Shown: piece after piece, positions 1 through 11,670 of the stretch
Layout of the letters: every line of letters begins with the position of its first letter
Numbering within the stretch: position 1 is the stretch's first letter
Source: Nemertoderma westbladi
Lineage: Eukaryota; Animalia; Xenacoelomorpha
Direction of reading: 5' to 3'
DNA: 64,000 nt
NCBI GenBank assembly: GCA_032718475.1
Contig: JAUCBJ010000877.1
Coordinates: forward strand, 1-64,000
The notes under the pieces: generated by a model
What the model saw: only the letters and a program-made list of their open reading frames with translations
Databases searched by the model: none
What the model was told of the DNA's origin: nothing
Translations under genes and position numbers: made by a program

Positions 1-2475
1 TGGCATTGAGTGACACCAACGGTCGGCCTATATCAATGGCATTGAGTGACACCAACGGTCGGCCTATATCAATGGCATTGAGTGACACCAACGGTCGGCC
101 TATATCAATGGCATTGAGTGACACCAACGGTCGGCCTATATCAATGGCATTGAGTGACACCAACGGTCGGCCTATATCAATGGCATTGAGTGACACCAAC
201 GGTCGGCCTATATCAATGGCATTGAGTGACACCAACGGTCGGCCTATATCAATGGCATTGAGTGACACCAACGGTCGGCCTATATCAATGGCATTGAGTG
301 ACACCAACGGTCGGCCTATATCAATGGCATTGAGTGACACCAACGGTCGGCCTATATCAATGGCATTGAGTGACACCAACGGTCGGCCTATATCAATGGC
401 ATTGAGTGACACCAACGGTCGGCCTATATCAATGGCATTGAGTGACACCAACGGTCGGCCTATATCAATGGCATTGAGTGACACCAACGGTCGGCCTATA
501 TCAATGGCATTGAGTGACACCAACGGTCGGCCTATATCAATGGCATTGAGTGACACCAACGGTCGGCCTATATCAATGGCATTGAGTGACACCAACGGTC
601 GGCCTATATCAATGGCATTGAGTGACACCAACGGTCGGCCTATATCAATGGCATTGAGTGACACCAACGGTCGGCCTATATCAATGGCATTGAGTGACAC
701 CAACGGTCGGCCTATATCAATGGCATTGAGTGACACCAACGGTCGGCCTATATCAATGGCATTGAGTGACACCAACGGTCGGCCTATATCAATGGCATTG
801 AGTGACACCAACGGTCGGCCTATATCAATGGCATTGAGTGACACCAACGGTCGGCCTATATCAATGGCATTGAGTGACACCAACGGTCGGCCTATATCAA
901 TGGCATTGAGTGACACCAACGGTCGGCCTATATCAATGGCATTGAGTGACACCAACGGTCGGCCTATATCAATGGCATTGAGTGACACCAACGGTCGGCC
1001 TATATCAATGGCATTGAGTGACACCAACGGTCGGCCTATATCAATGGCATTGAGTGACACCAACGGTCGGCCTATATCAATGGCATTGAGTGACACCAAC
1101 GGTCGGCCTATATCAATGGCATTGAGTGACACCAACGGTCGGCCTATATCAATGGCATTGAGTGACACCAACGGTCGGCCTATATCAATGGCATTGAGTG
1201 ACACCAACGGTCGGCCTATATCAATGGCATTGAGTGACACCAACGGTCGGCCTATATCAATGGCATTGAGTGACACCAACGGTCGGCCTATATCAATGGC
1301 ATTGAGTGACACCAACGGTCGGCCTATATCAATGGCATTGAGTGACACCAACGGTCGGCCTATATCAATGGCATTGAGTGACACCAACGGTCGGCCTATA
1401 TCAATGGCATTGAGTGACACCAACGGTCGGCCTATATCAATGGCATTGAGTGACACCAACGGTCGGCCTATATCAATGGCATTGAGTGACACCAACGGTC
1501 GGCCTATATCAATGGCATTGAGTGACACCAACGGTCGGCCTATATCAATGGCATTGAGTGACACCAACGGTCGGCCTATATCAATGGCATTGAGTGACAC
1601 CAACGGTCGGCCTATATCAATGGCATTGAGTGACACCAACGGTCGGCCTATATCAATGGCATTGAGTGACACCAACGGTCGGCCTATATCAATGGCATTG
1701 AGTGACACCAACGGTCGGCCTATATCAATGGCATTGAGTGACACCAACGGTCGGCCTATATCAATGGCATTGAGTGACACCAACGGTCGGCCTATATCAA
1801 TGGCATTGAGTGACACCAACGGTCGGCCTATATCAATGGCATTGAGTGACACCAACGGTCGGCCTATATCAATGGCATTGAGTGACACCAACGGTCGGCC
1901 TATATCAATGGCATTGAGTGACACCAACGGTCGGCCTATATCAATGGCATTGAGTGACACCAACGGTCGGCCTATATCAATGGCATTGAGTGACACCAAC
2001 GGTCGGCCTATATCAATGGCATTGAGTGACACCAACGGTCGGCCTATATCAATGGCATTGAGTGACACCAACGGTCGGCCTATATCAATGGCATTGAGTG
2101 ACACCAACGGTCGGCCTATATCAATGGCATTGAGTGACACCAACGGTCGGCCTATATCAATGGCATTGAGTGACACCAACGGTCGGCCTATATCAATGGC
2201 ATTGAGTGACACCAACGGTCGGCCTATATCAATGGCATTGAGTGACACCAACGGTCGGCCTATATCAATGGCATTGAGTGACACCAACGGTCGGCCTATA
2301 TCAATGGCATTGAGTGACACCAACGGTCGGCCTATATCAATGGCATTGAGTGACACCAACGGTCGGCCTATATCAATGGCATTGAGTGACACCAACGGTC
2401 GGCCTATATCAATGGCATTGAGTGACACCAACGGTCGGCCTATATCAATGGCATTGAGTGACACCAACGGTCGGC
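1..2475. repeat. Perfect 36-bp tandem array (TGGCATTGAGTGACACCAACGGTCGGCCTATATCAA), 68 full copies plus 27 bp, running off the window start
   Basis: The printed lines recur every 180 bp (5 units) with no visible variant. A degenerate unit follows at ~2476-2506. The 846-aa ORF is simply this unit read in a stop-free frame. Confidence 0.98.
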
Positions 2476-2925
2476 TCACGATGGTGGGCACCAACGGTCA
2501 TATCAATTCACGATTTTCAGCTTCAAAGGAAGATGCAAACTGCTAAAGTTTGAGGTGTTGATAAAAAATCGTTATGGGGAATCACGCCTGATAGATGCAG
2601 TCCTGCCAGAGAGCTGGAGTGGAGCTCAGCGGAGGTCAGCGAAGCGGGAGTAGCGTAGCGGAACGTTCTTTCGAGTTATTTACAATTTATAAACCGCAGG
2701 GGGGCATTAATGCATTAAATTTACACAATGCAAAAACACGGTAACTAACAACAGACTTGCGGTGTTACAGTACATACAGGTTGTACAGTACATGTACAAT
2801 GCAACAACAGCGAAGTACAAAAAACAACCCTCTCTGAAGTGAAAACATTAAAAATATCAAGCATCAATTGAAAAATATTCACGTAGAAAAATTTACCAGC
2901 CCCCAATTGTGTTGTTTGGCTAATT

Positions 2926-3140
2926 AGGAGCCCGCTTGACAGGCGGGATACTTACTGTAAAAATCTGCGGGATACTTACTGTAAAAATCTCAGGATATAT
3001 AACACTAACTGACTGACTGATAATTATCAAGGTTCAGGCACTTCCTGCCTGGCGATTTTGTTGAAATTTTAAAAGTACAGTAAATTGCTTTGGTGGTTCA
3101 TAATCTCGTTACAAAATATCAGATCGATTCTATGTGTGGT
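2926..3140 (+). mobile_element. Possible Helentron/DINE-1-like non-autonomous element, 5' block
   Basis: Hairpin CCCGCTTGACAGGCGGG, a short direct duplication, an (ACTG)n microsatellite seed and CGATTTTGTTGAAATTTT. This layout resembles HINE/DINE-type elements; the ends are not defined. Confidence 0.3.
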
Positions 3141-5663
3141 ATTGGATATATTTCGTTTTTTTGAAATTACTTTGTCGCGAAATTAAAAGCAATGGTAAAG
3201 TAACAACTCCTCCCTGAGCTGCTGCAGCAGCTAGCTGTGTAGGAATGGTTGAGTGCAGGGCTGCCTGAGATATAATTCCATCAAGGCAGAATTTCTTGAC
3301 TACACCCCTCCTGCTGCTGGCTGCTGGCTGAGTCTACACATCCTTTATCAGCTCTCAGGGATAGACAGAACATAGTTGAGTTGTCAATAAACAAAATAAA
3401 ATATACCACTGCGCAGTAGGATTATATTATTATTCCACGAATCATTGGGCTGATTATTTTGTATAGGATATATGTAGAAAGTTCTTAAAAATAATATTCT
3501 TATTTTTATTATTACATAGGATTAGCATCATTTTTTAGCTGAAGCATTAATAGTGTATATTAATTTAATTATATTTTAATACCATACTACATTGGCATAC
3601 TGTAAGATAAGTTTTAACATTTCTTACAAATAGTGGTGCGAGCATAAAACTCAAATCACGCAAATTTAAAAGAACCGGGTGTGTTGTCATAGCAAAGTTT
3701 CATTTTTTATTATGTGGGACGAGCCACAAAGTGAGCTAGCCCCAGGCCTTATAGGTTAGTTAGACAATTGTTTAGTTTACTTACTGCTGACCGACAAGGT
3801 TTATTTGTAATAGTCTTGTAAATAGGATTCTTCCCCCGGGCTCCTTCCAGCCAGCTTGCTGGCTTTCTAGTAAAAAATAAGTAATTTTTCGGATATTTTA
3901 AACCAACAATCTGAAGACAAACAGTAATTGCGTTTTACTCGAAATGACTTTTTTTTACTTGGACTTTTCACATTCCACGGCAGAGTACTGGAGGAGAAAG
4001 AAGTGGCTTGGGGACCCTTACCCGTAATGAATGTTAAATATTCGAAAAATTAAAAAAAATTCATCTGTCAACAGCTTTAGCGCTACAATAATTGTGAGTA
4101 TTAGTTTTGTAAAACATTGAAATTTAGAGGTTCCGATTTTATAACTGCTGCTACTCTTTGTTATCTCAAAATATATGTTGCGCAAATATAGACCGAACGT
4201 ATTAAAACCCCCACCCCCATTTTATACGCTGCCGGATTGTCAGCTACTGTATCTTTCATTTGACTTTGAACAAGGAATAAAAATAGGCCTACTGTTCTGT
4301 TCCACTCTTTGAGCAGTACATTATTTTGATTTCAATATTAAATAGTTTTCTTCGCCAATAAGAATGAAGGCAGCGCTTTCACTGCAACATCCAATCAAAA
4401 GATGACTTAATTTTTACTTGTTCATCATTGGTTGTAGGTATTCTGTAAATACTTCTTTCGACACAAGATACGAACCCGATTGCAATCAAAGCCTTAAAGG
4501 CAAGTAATAATTGTTAGTGATACTGTATTTAGGCAACGGATTTCGAAATATAATGAAATATATCGAAAAACATGGAACTGGTCCGTGTTAATTAAAAGTT
4601 TAGGTTTAGGCTTTAACCCTATTAGCACTGGGGGGGGGGGGGGGGGGGGGGGGGGGATCGGCCCCCCTTGATTATAATTGGTGTAAAACTGTACAACCAG
4701 GATATTCAAGAGTCCTTCATTTAGAAGGTAACCTGGCGTACTTTACGGTTGTCTGTGCCAATCCGGGGATTTATTGCCATTCATCCAAATGCGCTAACAA
4801 GTAGCGCAAATAAAAAATGGAATATAAATTTATAATATTAATTAAATACAAATCTAAATCAAACACTTTACTGTAAGGAAATAAACAAATACACTGATAT
4901 TTTTGTCAAGGCCTTTACGGGGGGCTGACCTACAGATGCCGTTACGAGTCTGTCTGTAACTCTTATGAGTGTTATCAAGTGCCTTGGGGTACCTGCCGCA
5001 CAGCAGGAACACTCACGAAAGTATGTATGTATATATATATTATCTAATATATATATCTAATGTACAACCGACGTGTAAACCGTTCCGTTGTATTGTGTTG
5101 TTGGCGAGTAAATGTACGTGTGACTGAAATATACAGTATTACAGGTATGACACTATGTTTGACTTAGTGCGGGGTAAGCGCACAGTTCACTCGTGCTGCA
5201 TGCATAGTGTTAGTAGATGATATTTACCAGTTGGGGACTAATATTTCAGTACTATGGACGCACACACTCGCACTAAAATGAACCGAATCTATTACAGACT
5301 GGGCGCAGTCAGCACTAACCTGTGGAAATCGAGTTGGTTTGATCTCTGTTCTCGTATATTCATCAACAATAGCAAGGCAATAATAGTACTTAATAATATT
5401 GCAATACAGCAAGGTGAAATACTAAGAGTCCTGCAAGTTACATGACTCACAACAGGCTAATATGTTACGCCACAGGTTAATATAATACGGCTAATATGTT
5501 AATAGGTTACGCCTGAGAGTAATGGGATGAACATCGACTATATAAACAAGTAATACTGCAAAAATAGAACAGCCAATAGGACGCAAGAATACCTGCACCG
5601 GTAGTTACCAATGAGAGTTCAGCACTACCACAACTGCTGCTAGGCAACATATAAACAAGTTTC

Positions 5664-5950
5664 ACAACCCAAAAACATTCAATATGCGCTGCTCGTTAGG
5701 TACGTTAGATTAAAGTTAGGTTAATAAATAAGTCTAACTGTAGATTATGCAATGTATAAGTTTAAGTGAGAAATAAGTAATATTGAAAATAATGCATAAA
5801 ACAACAGATTAAGACAACCCAAAACATTCAATATGCTCTGCTCGTTAGGTACGTTAGATTAAAGTTAGCTTAATAAATAAGTCTAACTGTAGATTATGAA
5901 ATGTATAAGTTTAAGTGAGAAATAAGTAATATTAAAAATAATGCATAAAC
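5664..5950. repeat. ~150-bp tandem duplication (2 copies)
   Basis: ACAACCCAAAA(A)CATTCAATATGC...AATAATGCATAAA starts at 5664 and at 5814 with only a few substitutions. Confidence 0.9.
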
Positions 5951-6260
5951 CAACTAATATTGGTATACGTATCCACAATGTCTAGTGAAACGAGGGTGCA
6001 GTTCCCTTGTACAGAGTTGGGCAATTGTTCAAGGAACTCGTCGGTTCGTTTGAGGTGGGAGTCGAGATTGTTAACGACAGGTTCCAGTAGCACATTGGCA
6101 AAGCTGGATCACGGTGCAAGTAGTGAACCTCTCGTTGCTACTATCGGTCTTCCTTTAGGGATGAGTTTTCCGTTATCCCAGTCAACCCAAGAGACTCGTT
6201 CTTTATGGTCCTTAAGTGTTATATAAAAGTATGATATTTGCGAAGTTTTAGGTAGTAACG

Positions 6261-6798
6261 GGTGGAATAAATTAGTATCCGGGATTTGGAAGTCACAGAG
6301 AATTAATCGGAAACTTAAGGTCCGATTTAGAGCAGCAGTAGTTCCAATACTCCTCTGTGGGAGTCCATGCTGGGCTCTAACTGATGAGGACACCAAATCT
6401 CTGGAGGGCACTTTTACACGAATGCTACGCCGGGTTCATTGTGTCAAGTATAATGCACACATCTCCAACCAGACACTATATAACATTGGAGGTGTCTCAT
6501 TGGTTCCCCCAAGCTTGATACTAGAACAAAGTCACATCCGCTTTGCAGGACATTGTTTTCACCGTGAGGACCAGCCAGTGCATAATCTTGTGCTTTGGCA
6601 GCCTCATGGAGTGAATAAGCATGGTGGACAGCCCATGACTTTCTTGAGACGCATCTTAAAGGACACTGGCCTTGAAGATGCGGGTGATCTAGCAAATGTC
6701 ATGGGTGATAGGGAGTTGTGGGGGCGCAATTTTGTCGACAAGCCGGCACTGCATTCTTAAAAATGCAGCTGCAATGCAGCATGCCGATCGTAGTAGTA
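6261..6798 (+). mobile_element. 5'-truncated RTE-clade LINE (C-terminal region and tail)
   Basis: Translates as GWNKLVSGIWKS...LKVRFRAAVVPILLCGSPCWALT...EGTFTRMLRRV...RFAGHCFHREDQPVHNLVLWQP, typical of the RTE post-RT region. Ends in a (TAG)n tail. A near-identical copy lies at 38293-38692 (-). Confidence 0.85.
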
Positions 6799-7571
6799 CT
6801 ATGGATCAGAGGGGGAATTGTAACGATACAACCGTAAATGTGCTTCATAGTTTGTTATCCATACCTTAGCTGTGCCCGAGCATTTATATTAGTTGTGTTT
6901 TGGTTAGAATAACGTGCCACTATAACCTGTTCTTTGCCATTAACTTATAATTTAATGTTGAGGCGAGATATCATTGAGACGAGATGGGATTTTGCGTCCA
7001 TTCCCCACCTACCCCATCCCCCCATGATGTCACATACAGTACCGGGTAGTCTTATACTGCTTAGTGCTAGTGACCTTAGATAAAGCCTAACCAAACTTAA
7101 GTCTGTTCACCTTGTTTATACCTGTCATATTCTTCTAGAACGCTGAGTTAAATATGTTGGGGAATTTGATTCTGATATCATTGATTAAAACTAATATAGA
7201 TTGATTAAATATATAGATAGGTCAGGTCAGGTCCCCAGATCCTGCTACCACTATGGCAGTAATGTGGTACTACCTGTAGTTGTCAGCCCAGTAGGGCAGG
7301 CCCGATAAGCATAGCCTATTCATTATTTAGTTGATCAAGAGTGGGTTGGTTTAGCCCCGTCAACTAAATAAGTAATTGAGGGCTATAGCGCCTAGGGCAC
7401 CATTGAAGGCAAAGGCTTGATACGCATCTGCATTAGAGATGATACACGCCCCGCCCTGTCTATACTGGATACTCCCCTCAGTGTTATGTAACCTAACCCA
7501 GGAGGCACACTTGGTTCAGGGTGTAACAAATGGACCCCTACAGTCGGCAGCAGGGCTGTAGGCCATGGATA

Positions 7572-7681
7572 GGCGGAAGGTAATCAACCAACGGCTAGAC
7601 ATGCAGACAAGGTCGGCGGAAGGTAATCAACCAACGGCTAGACATGCTGACAAGGTCGGCGGAAGGTAATCAACCAACGGC
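7572..7681 (+). repeat. 43-bp tandem repeat (2.5 copies) in the RTE 5'UTR
   Basis: GGCGGAAGGTAATCAACCAACGGCTAGACATGC(A/T)GACAAGGTC at 7572 and 7615, partial copy at 7658. Confidence 0.9.
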
Positions 7682-7746
7682 GACCTACTGCGAAGACGCT
7701 TGTAGGAGTTGCGACCACAAGCGGTTTAGTCCCGCAACTGAAAGAT

Positions 7747-10448
7747 ATGAATATGAGAACCCTCCAGGAGAAATACCGGCTCGGTCGTCGCCCGGGTCAA
7801 CAAGGACCGCGTCCCTCAGTGGTACACCAGGCTGGGGTCGATAAATTGGCTACTGGAACAGAAGACAGAGAAGAAAGAAGAACCAACATGTTGAAATGTA
7901 AAAAGACACTAAAGATTGCTACAATGAACGCACGCACGCTGAAAGCACTTACCAAACAGGGTGACATGGTCGCTCTGGCAATGGAATATAACATCGACAT
8001 CATCTGCATCCAAGAACATCGGATTTGTCATGAAGACACTGCCATGAAGTACAATGACATTGGAAATGGATGGACGTTAGTAACAAGCTCAGCAGTAAGA
8101 AACTCTGCTAATGCATCAATTGGTGGAGTAGGAATCAAAGCTAATAGAACCAAAGCACAACTGGATTACATCCTTATAAACAAAAAGTGGTGAAACAGCA
8201 TGATCAACTGCGAGGCATACAGCTCGTTCAACCTAACTGGTTCGGACCACAGAGATCAGACTCAGTTTGAGAGCCAGCAAACCCAGGACAAGCAAGCAAA
8301 TCAACTATGACTGGGAGAAACTCAGAACTGACAATGCTGTAAAGGATGCTTATACAGTAGAATTTCAAAACCGCTTTGAAGAAGTTCAGTCAATGGATGA
8401 AGACCAATCCACCGATTCAATATACCAGAATATATTTATTTATTTAATTCTTTATACCAGGCCAGTAGGAAAGCCCATAAAAACATACTGTATATATAAT
8501 AACAGCCCACATGGAATCAGCTAAGAGGCATATGCCCCAGTAACCCAAACGAAAACAGTATGTGCCATGGCAAAACTCTGAGGTTACTTGTAAGAGAGAA
8601 GATCTTAAGATAGCCTACAAAGTTAAAACTGAACAACCGAAAACATTAACAAGGTTGAGAAAGCTAAGGACGATCTTAAATTGGCCTACAACATCAGCCA
8701 GGAAAAGTACATACAGGATAAAACTGAAGCAATTACAACTGCACACATACAGCAACAATCAAGACTTACCTGGCAAACTGTAAATGAGGTATCTGGTCGG
8801 AAAAGTTGTGCAAAGGGGCGCCTCAAAGCCGATAGTCCTGAAGAACGTGTTGAGGAGTGGAAAAATCACTTCAGCAACTTGCTTGGGCAGCCACCAAACA
8901 TCGAGGTCAGCCCTACAAGGAAAATATATGACAAGACACTACCTATAGAAACAGGGGACTTCACACCTGCCGAACTCCAAAGAAGCATTAAAAGCATGTC
9001 CAATAATAAAGCGAGTGGATTAGATGAAATCCCAGCGGAGGTATGGAAAACCGGAGTGCTAAACAGACCATTATTGAATGTTTGCAACCGGATGTTAAAA
9101 GGGGAAAAGCCATCACCAATTTGGACTAAAGGTCAACTAAAGCCTCTCCCGAAGAAAGGAGACTTCGGCATACCAACAAACTATCGTGGGATCTGTCTGC
9201 TTGTGGTAGCTGCCAAAATATACAATAAAATGATTCTATATAGAATTAGGCCTCACATAGAGAAACTACTGCGTAAGAGCCAAAACGGATTTCGACCAAG
9301 TAGATCAACAATAGCTCAGATACTTGCACTACGGAGACTGATTGAAGGAATTAAGTTAAAGAATCTCTGAATGACTTTTGTGGACTTCAAGAAGGCATTC
9401 GACTCCATCCATAGAGGTAAAATGCTTGAAATCATAAGAGCTTATGGAATACCAGAAGTAATTGTTGCTGGCATTGGATTGTTATATTGTGACACAGAAG
9501 CGCAGGTACTCTCACCAGATGGTGAAACTGAGTTTTTCTCAATCCTGGCTGGCGTACTACAAGGTGATACATTAGCACCATTACTATTTGTAATTGTGCT
9601 GGATTACGCAATGAGGATGGCCACAAAGGGTGAAGATCTGGGATTCACACTTCAAGAACGCAGAAGTAGTAGATATCCGGCAACTACAGTCACAGACACC
9701 GACTTTGCGGATGACATCGCCCTGCTCTCTAATACGCTAGCAGATGCACAGCTTCTACTAAATAAAGTGGAGAGGGCTGCTAAGGAGGTTGGATTGCATA
9801 TAAATGCTACCAAGACCGAATTCATGACCTTTAATGTTGATGGAAATTTGACAACCATTGATAATAATCAACTAAGGAAGGTCGATGACTTCCAGTACCT
9901 TGGATCATGGATAGAGAGTAGCAAAAAGGACATAGAAGTTAGGAAAGCAAAGGCTTGGGTAGCTCTATCAAAAATGGATACCATCTGGAAATCTCCCCAG
10001 GCACCTGAAGACTAAGTTCTTTCGACCCACAGTGGAAAGTGTATTTTTATACGGGGGTGAGACCTGGACAGGACACTGACTAAATCAATTGAACAACGAA
10101 TTGATGGTTGCTACACAAGACTACTAAGGGCAGCCCTAAACATCAGCTGGAGACAACACATGACAAACGCCGACCTTTATGGTACAATACCACGTCTGTA
10201 TCAACCACCCTCCGTGAACGCAGATTAAGATTCAGGGGCACTGCTGGCGAAGTAAAGATGAGGTCATACCAGATCTACTTCTCTGGCAACCAACTCATGG
10301 AAAGCGTAGTCGTGGACGACCGGCCATAACATATATAGATCAACTTGAAAGGGTTACTGAACTTGGGAGAAACGAAAATGCGACAACTATGGAGAATTGG
10401 GAAGCCTGGAAGGATCTCATTTCCACTGTCCGAGTTCGCTCGACCTAG
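7747..10448 (+). pseudogene. APE endonuclease-reverse transcriptase ORF of the RTE element (disrupted)
   Basis: APE motifs KIATMNARTL, IDIICIQEHR and QLDYILINKKW, with the central APE segment missing after GVGI. RT motifs KASGLDEIPAEVWK, NYRGICLL, QNGFRPSRST, FVDFKKAFDSIHR, GVLQGDTLAPLLF, FADDIALL and FQYLGS. Broken by stops, frameshifts and a short (TTTA)n-containing insertion at ~8434-8495. Confidence 0.93.
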
Positions 10449-10552
10449 TAGTAGTAATAAATATATAGATTCAAATTATATATAAATTCCGGCAGTTTTC
10501 CTGTTGAATAACAAAGCCATGGCAAAATTATTTATATTTTGACAATGAATTA

Positions 10553-10782
10553 GGGTAGGTGTAAAACGCGGATCCGGATCCGGATTCCAAAATATCAATT
10601 AAGGGTAAGGAGCAGGTTACATTAGCACGTTATTTTAACCAAAACAATAAACTAAAGTCAATAGAACAGGTTATAGTTTTATTTTTGAGAGTTATAAATA
10701 TGTAAAAAAAATCGACTTCCGTAGGGACAATGTTAAATGTAGAATCCGGATCCGGATCCGGATCCGCATTTTACTCTGACCC
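10553..10782. mobile_element. 230-bp MITE with a 9-bp TSD (Mutator-like)
   Basis: TSD AATGAATTA at 10544-10552 and 10783-10791. Imperfect TIRs GGGTAGGTGTAAAACGCGGATCCGGATCCGGATTC / GAATCCGGATCC...GCATTTTACTCTGACCC. Confidence 0.85.
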
Positions 10783-11599
10783 AATGAATTATTGCTTCAG
10801 ATGTACTGAAGGGGGCTATTCTGGGCTGATTATGATATTATAATTATTAATAATAAAAAACAAGAAGATTATATTGAAATTCCTTTTAATTCTGATATAA
10901 CTACCACCTTCGAGCGATAAATACCTGAAACAAATAAATTATTAGTAACGGTTAGGATGTAGTACATGTAACGTATAGGAATTGTATCAAACAATAAATT
11001 AAGTAGATAGTAGATTTACCATCTATTATCTACTATAGGTCAGTAATAGCAACTAAAGTTACTAAAGTTTATTTTAGTAACTAAAGTTTAGCACTCTAAC
11101 ACCATGGAATAAAATCTATACTCGAAACAATATGCGAGAGAGTATTACAGCAAGTAAACAGTTACTGAATAAATATAGTCAACAAGATTACATTTTGTTT
11201 TGCACCAAAAATAAATAACAATAATTATAAAGATAATTTTACATTTCCCCTCATACAAAAATATAATGTACGTCAAGTTGTATTCAACCAGTTTCAACCG
11301 ATACAAATTATTAAGTCACCGAGAATCTATATACCACCACCAAAGATGTAAAATAATTCGAAAAATAAAGCTTTCATCCAATGGGCCTTGCCAAAAAAAT
11401 ATGCTTAAACGGTCTAAATTAACTAAGATTTTTATAATTTTGGGTGAGGGATTTAAAATATTATTTATTATTATTTATTATATTAGACTTTAATAAATTC
11501 TGCCACGAATAAAGTCTGCCACGAATAAAGTCTGCACCCTTCACGACTTATCTCCAATATTCGTCATAATATTATCTTATAGTTTAGTTGATTGGAGAT

Positions 11600-11670
11600 T
11601 TGACGTTCAGTGGGGATTGAACCTGTGACCTACAAGATGGAGGCTCGAACTATTCTGCTCGCAGACATGC
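11600..11670 (-). mobile_element. Possible tRNA-derived SINE head remnant
   Basis: The minus strand has a B-box-like GGTCACAGGTTCAATCCCC. The A-box is weak and no full cloverleaf is visible. Confidence 0.25.

Larger units (their letters stand above)
7219..10457 (+). mobile_element. Full-length, decayed RTE-clade non-LTR retrotransposon with a 13-bp TSD
   Basis: TSD TAAATATATAGAT at 7206-7218 and 10458-10470. Single APE-RT ORF, TAGTAGTAGTAA tail, ~530-bp 5'UTR. Confidence 0.92.

Noticed and set aside
1-2475. 36-bp repeats as a CRISPR array
   Set aside because: Units are head-to-tail with no spacers, there are no cas genes, and the context is eukaryotic.
6-2546. 846-aa repeat protein
   Set aside because: A stop-free frame is likely by chance for a 12-codon unit; there is no synonymous variation and no recognisable domain.
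5224-6226. Short ORFs of 62-88 aa flanking the 150-bp duplication
   Set aside because: No recognisable motifs; they cannot be supported as genes.
7572-7681. Resemblance of the RTE 43-bp repeat (ACCAACGG, GGTCGGC) to the 36-bp array
   Set aside because: Only two 7-8-nt words are shared and their spacing differs; consistent with chance.
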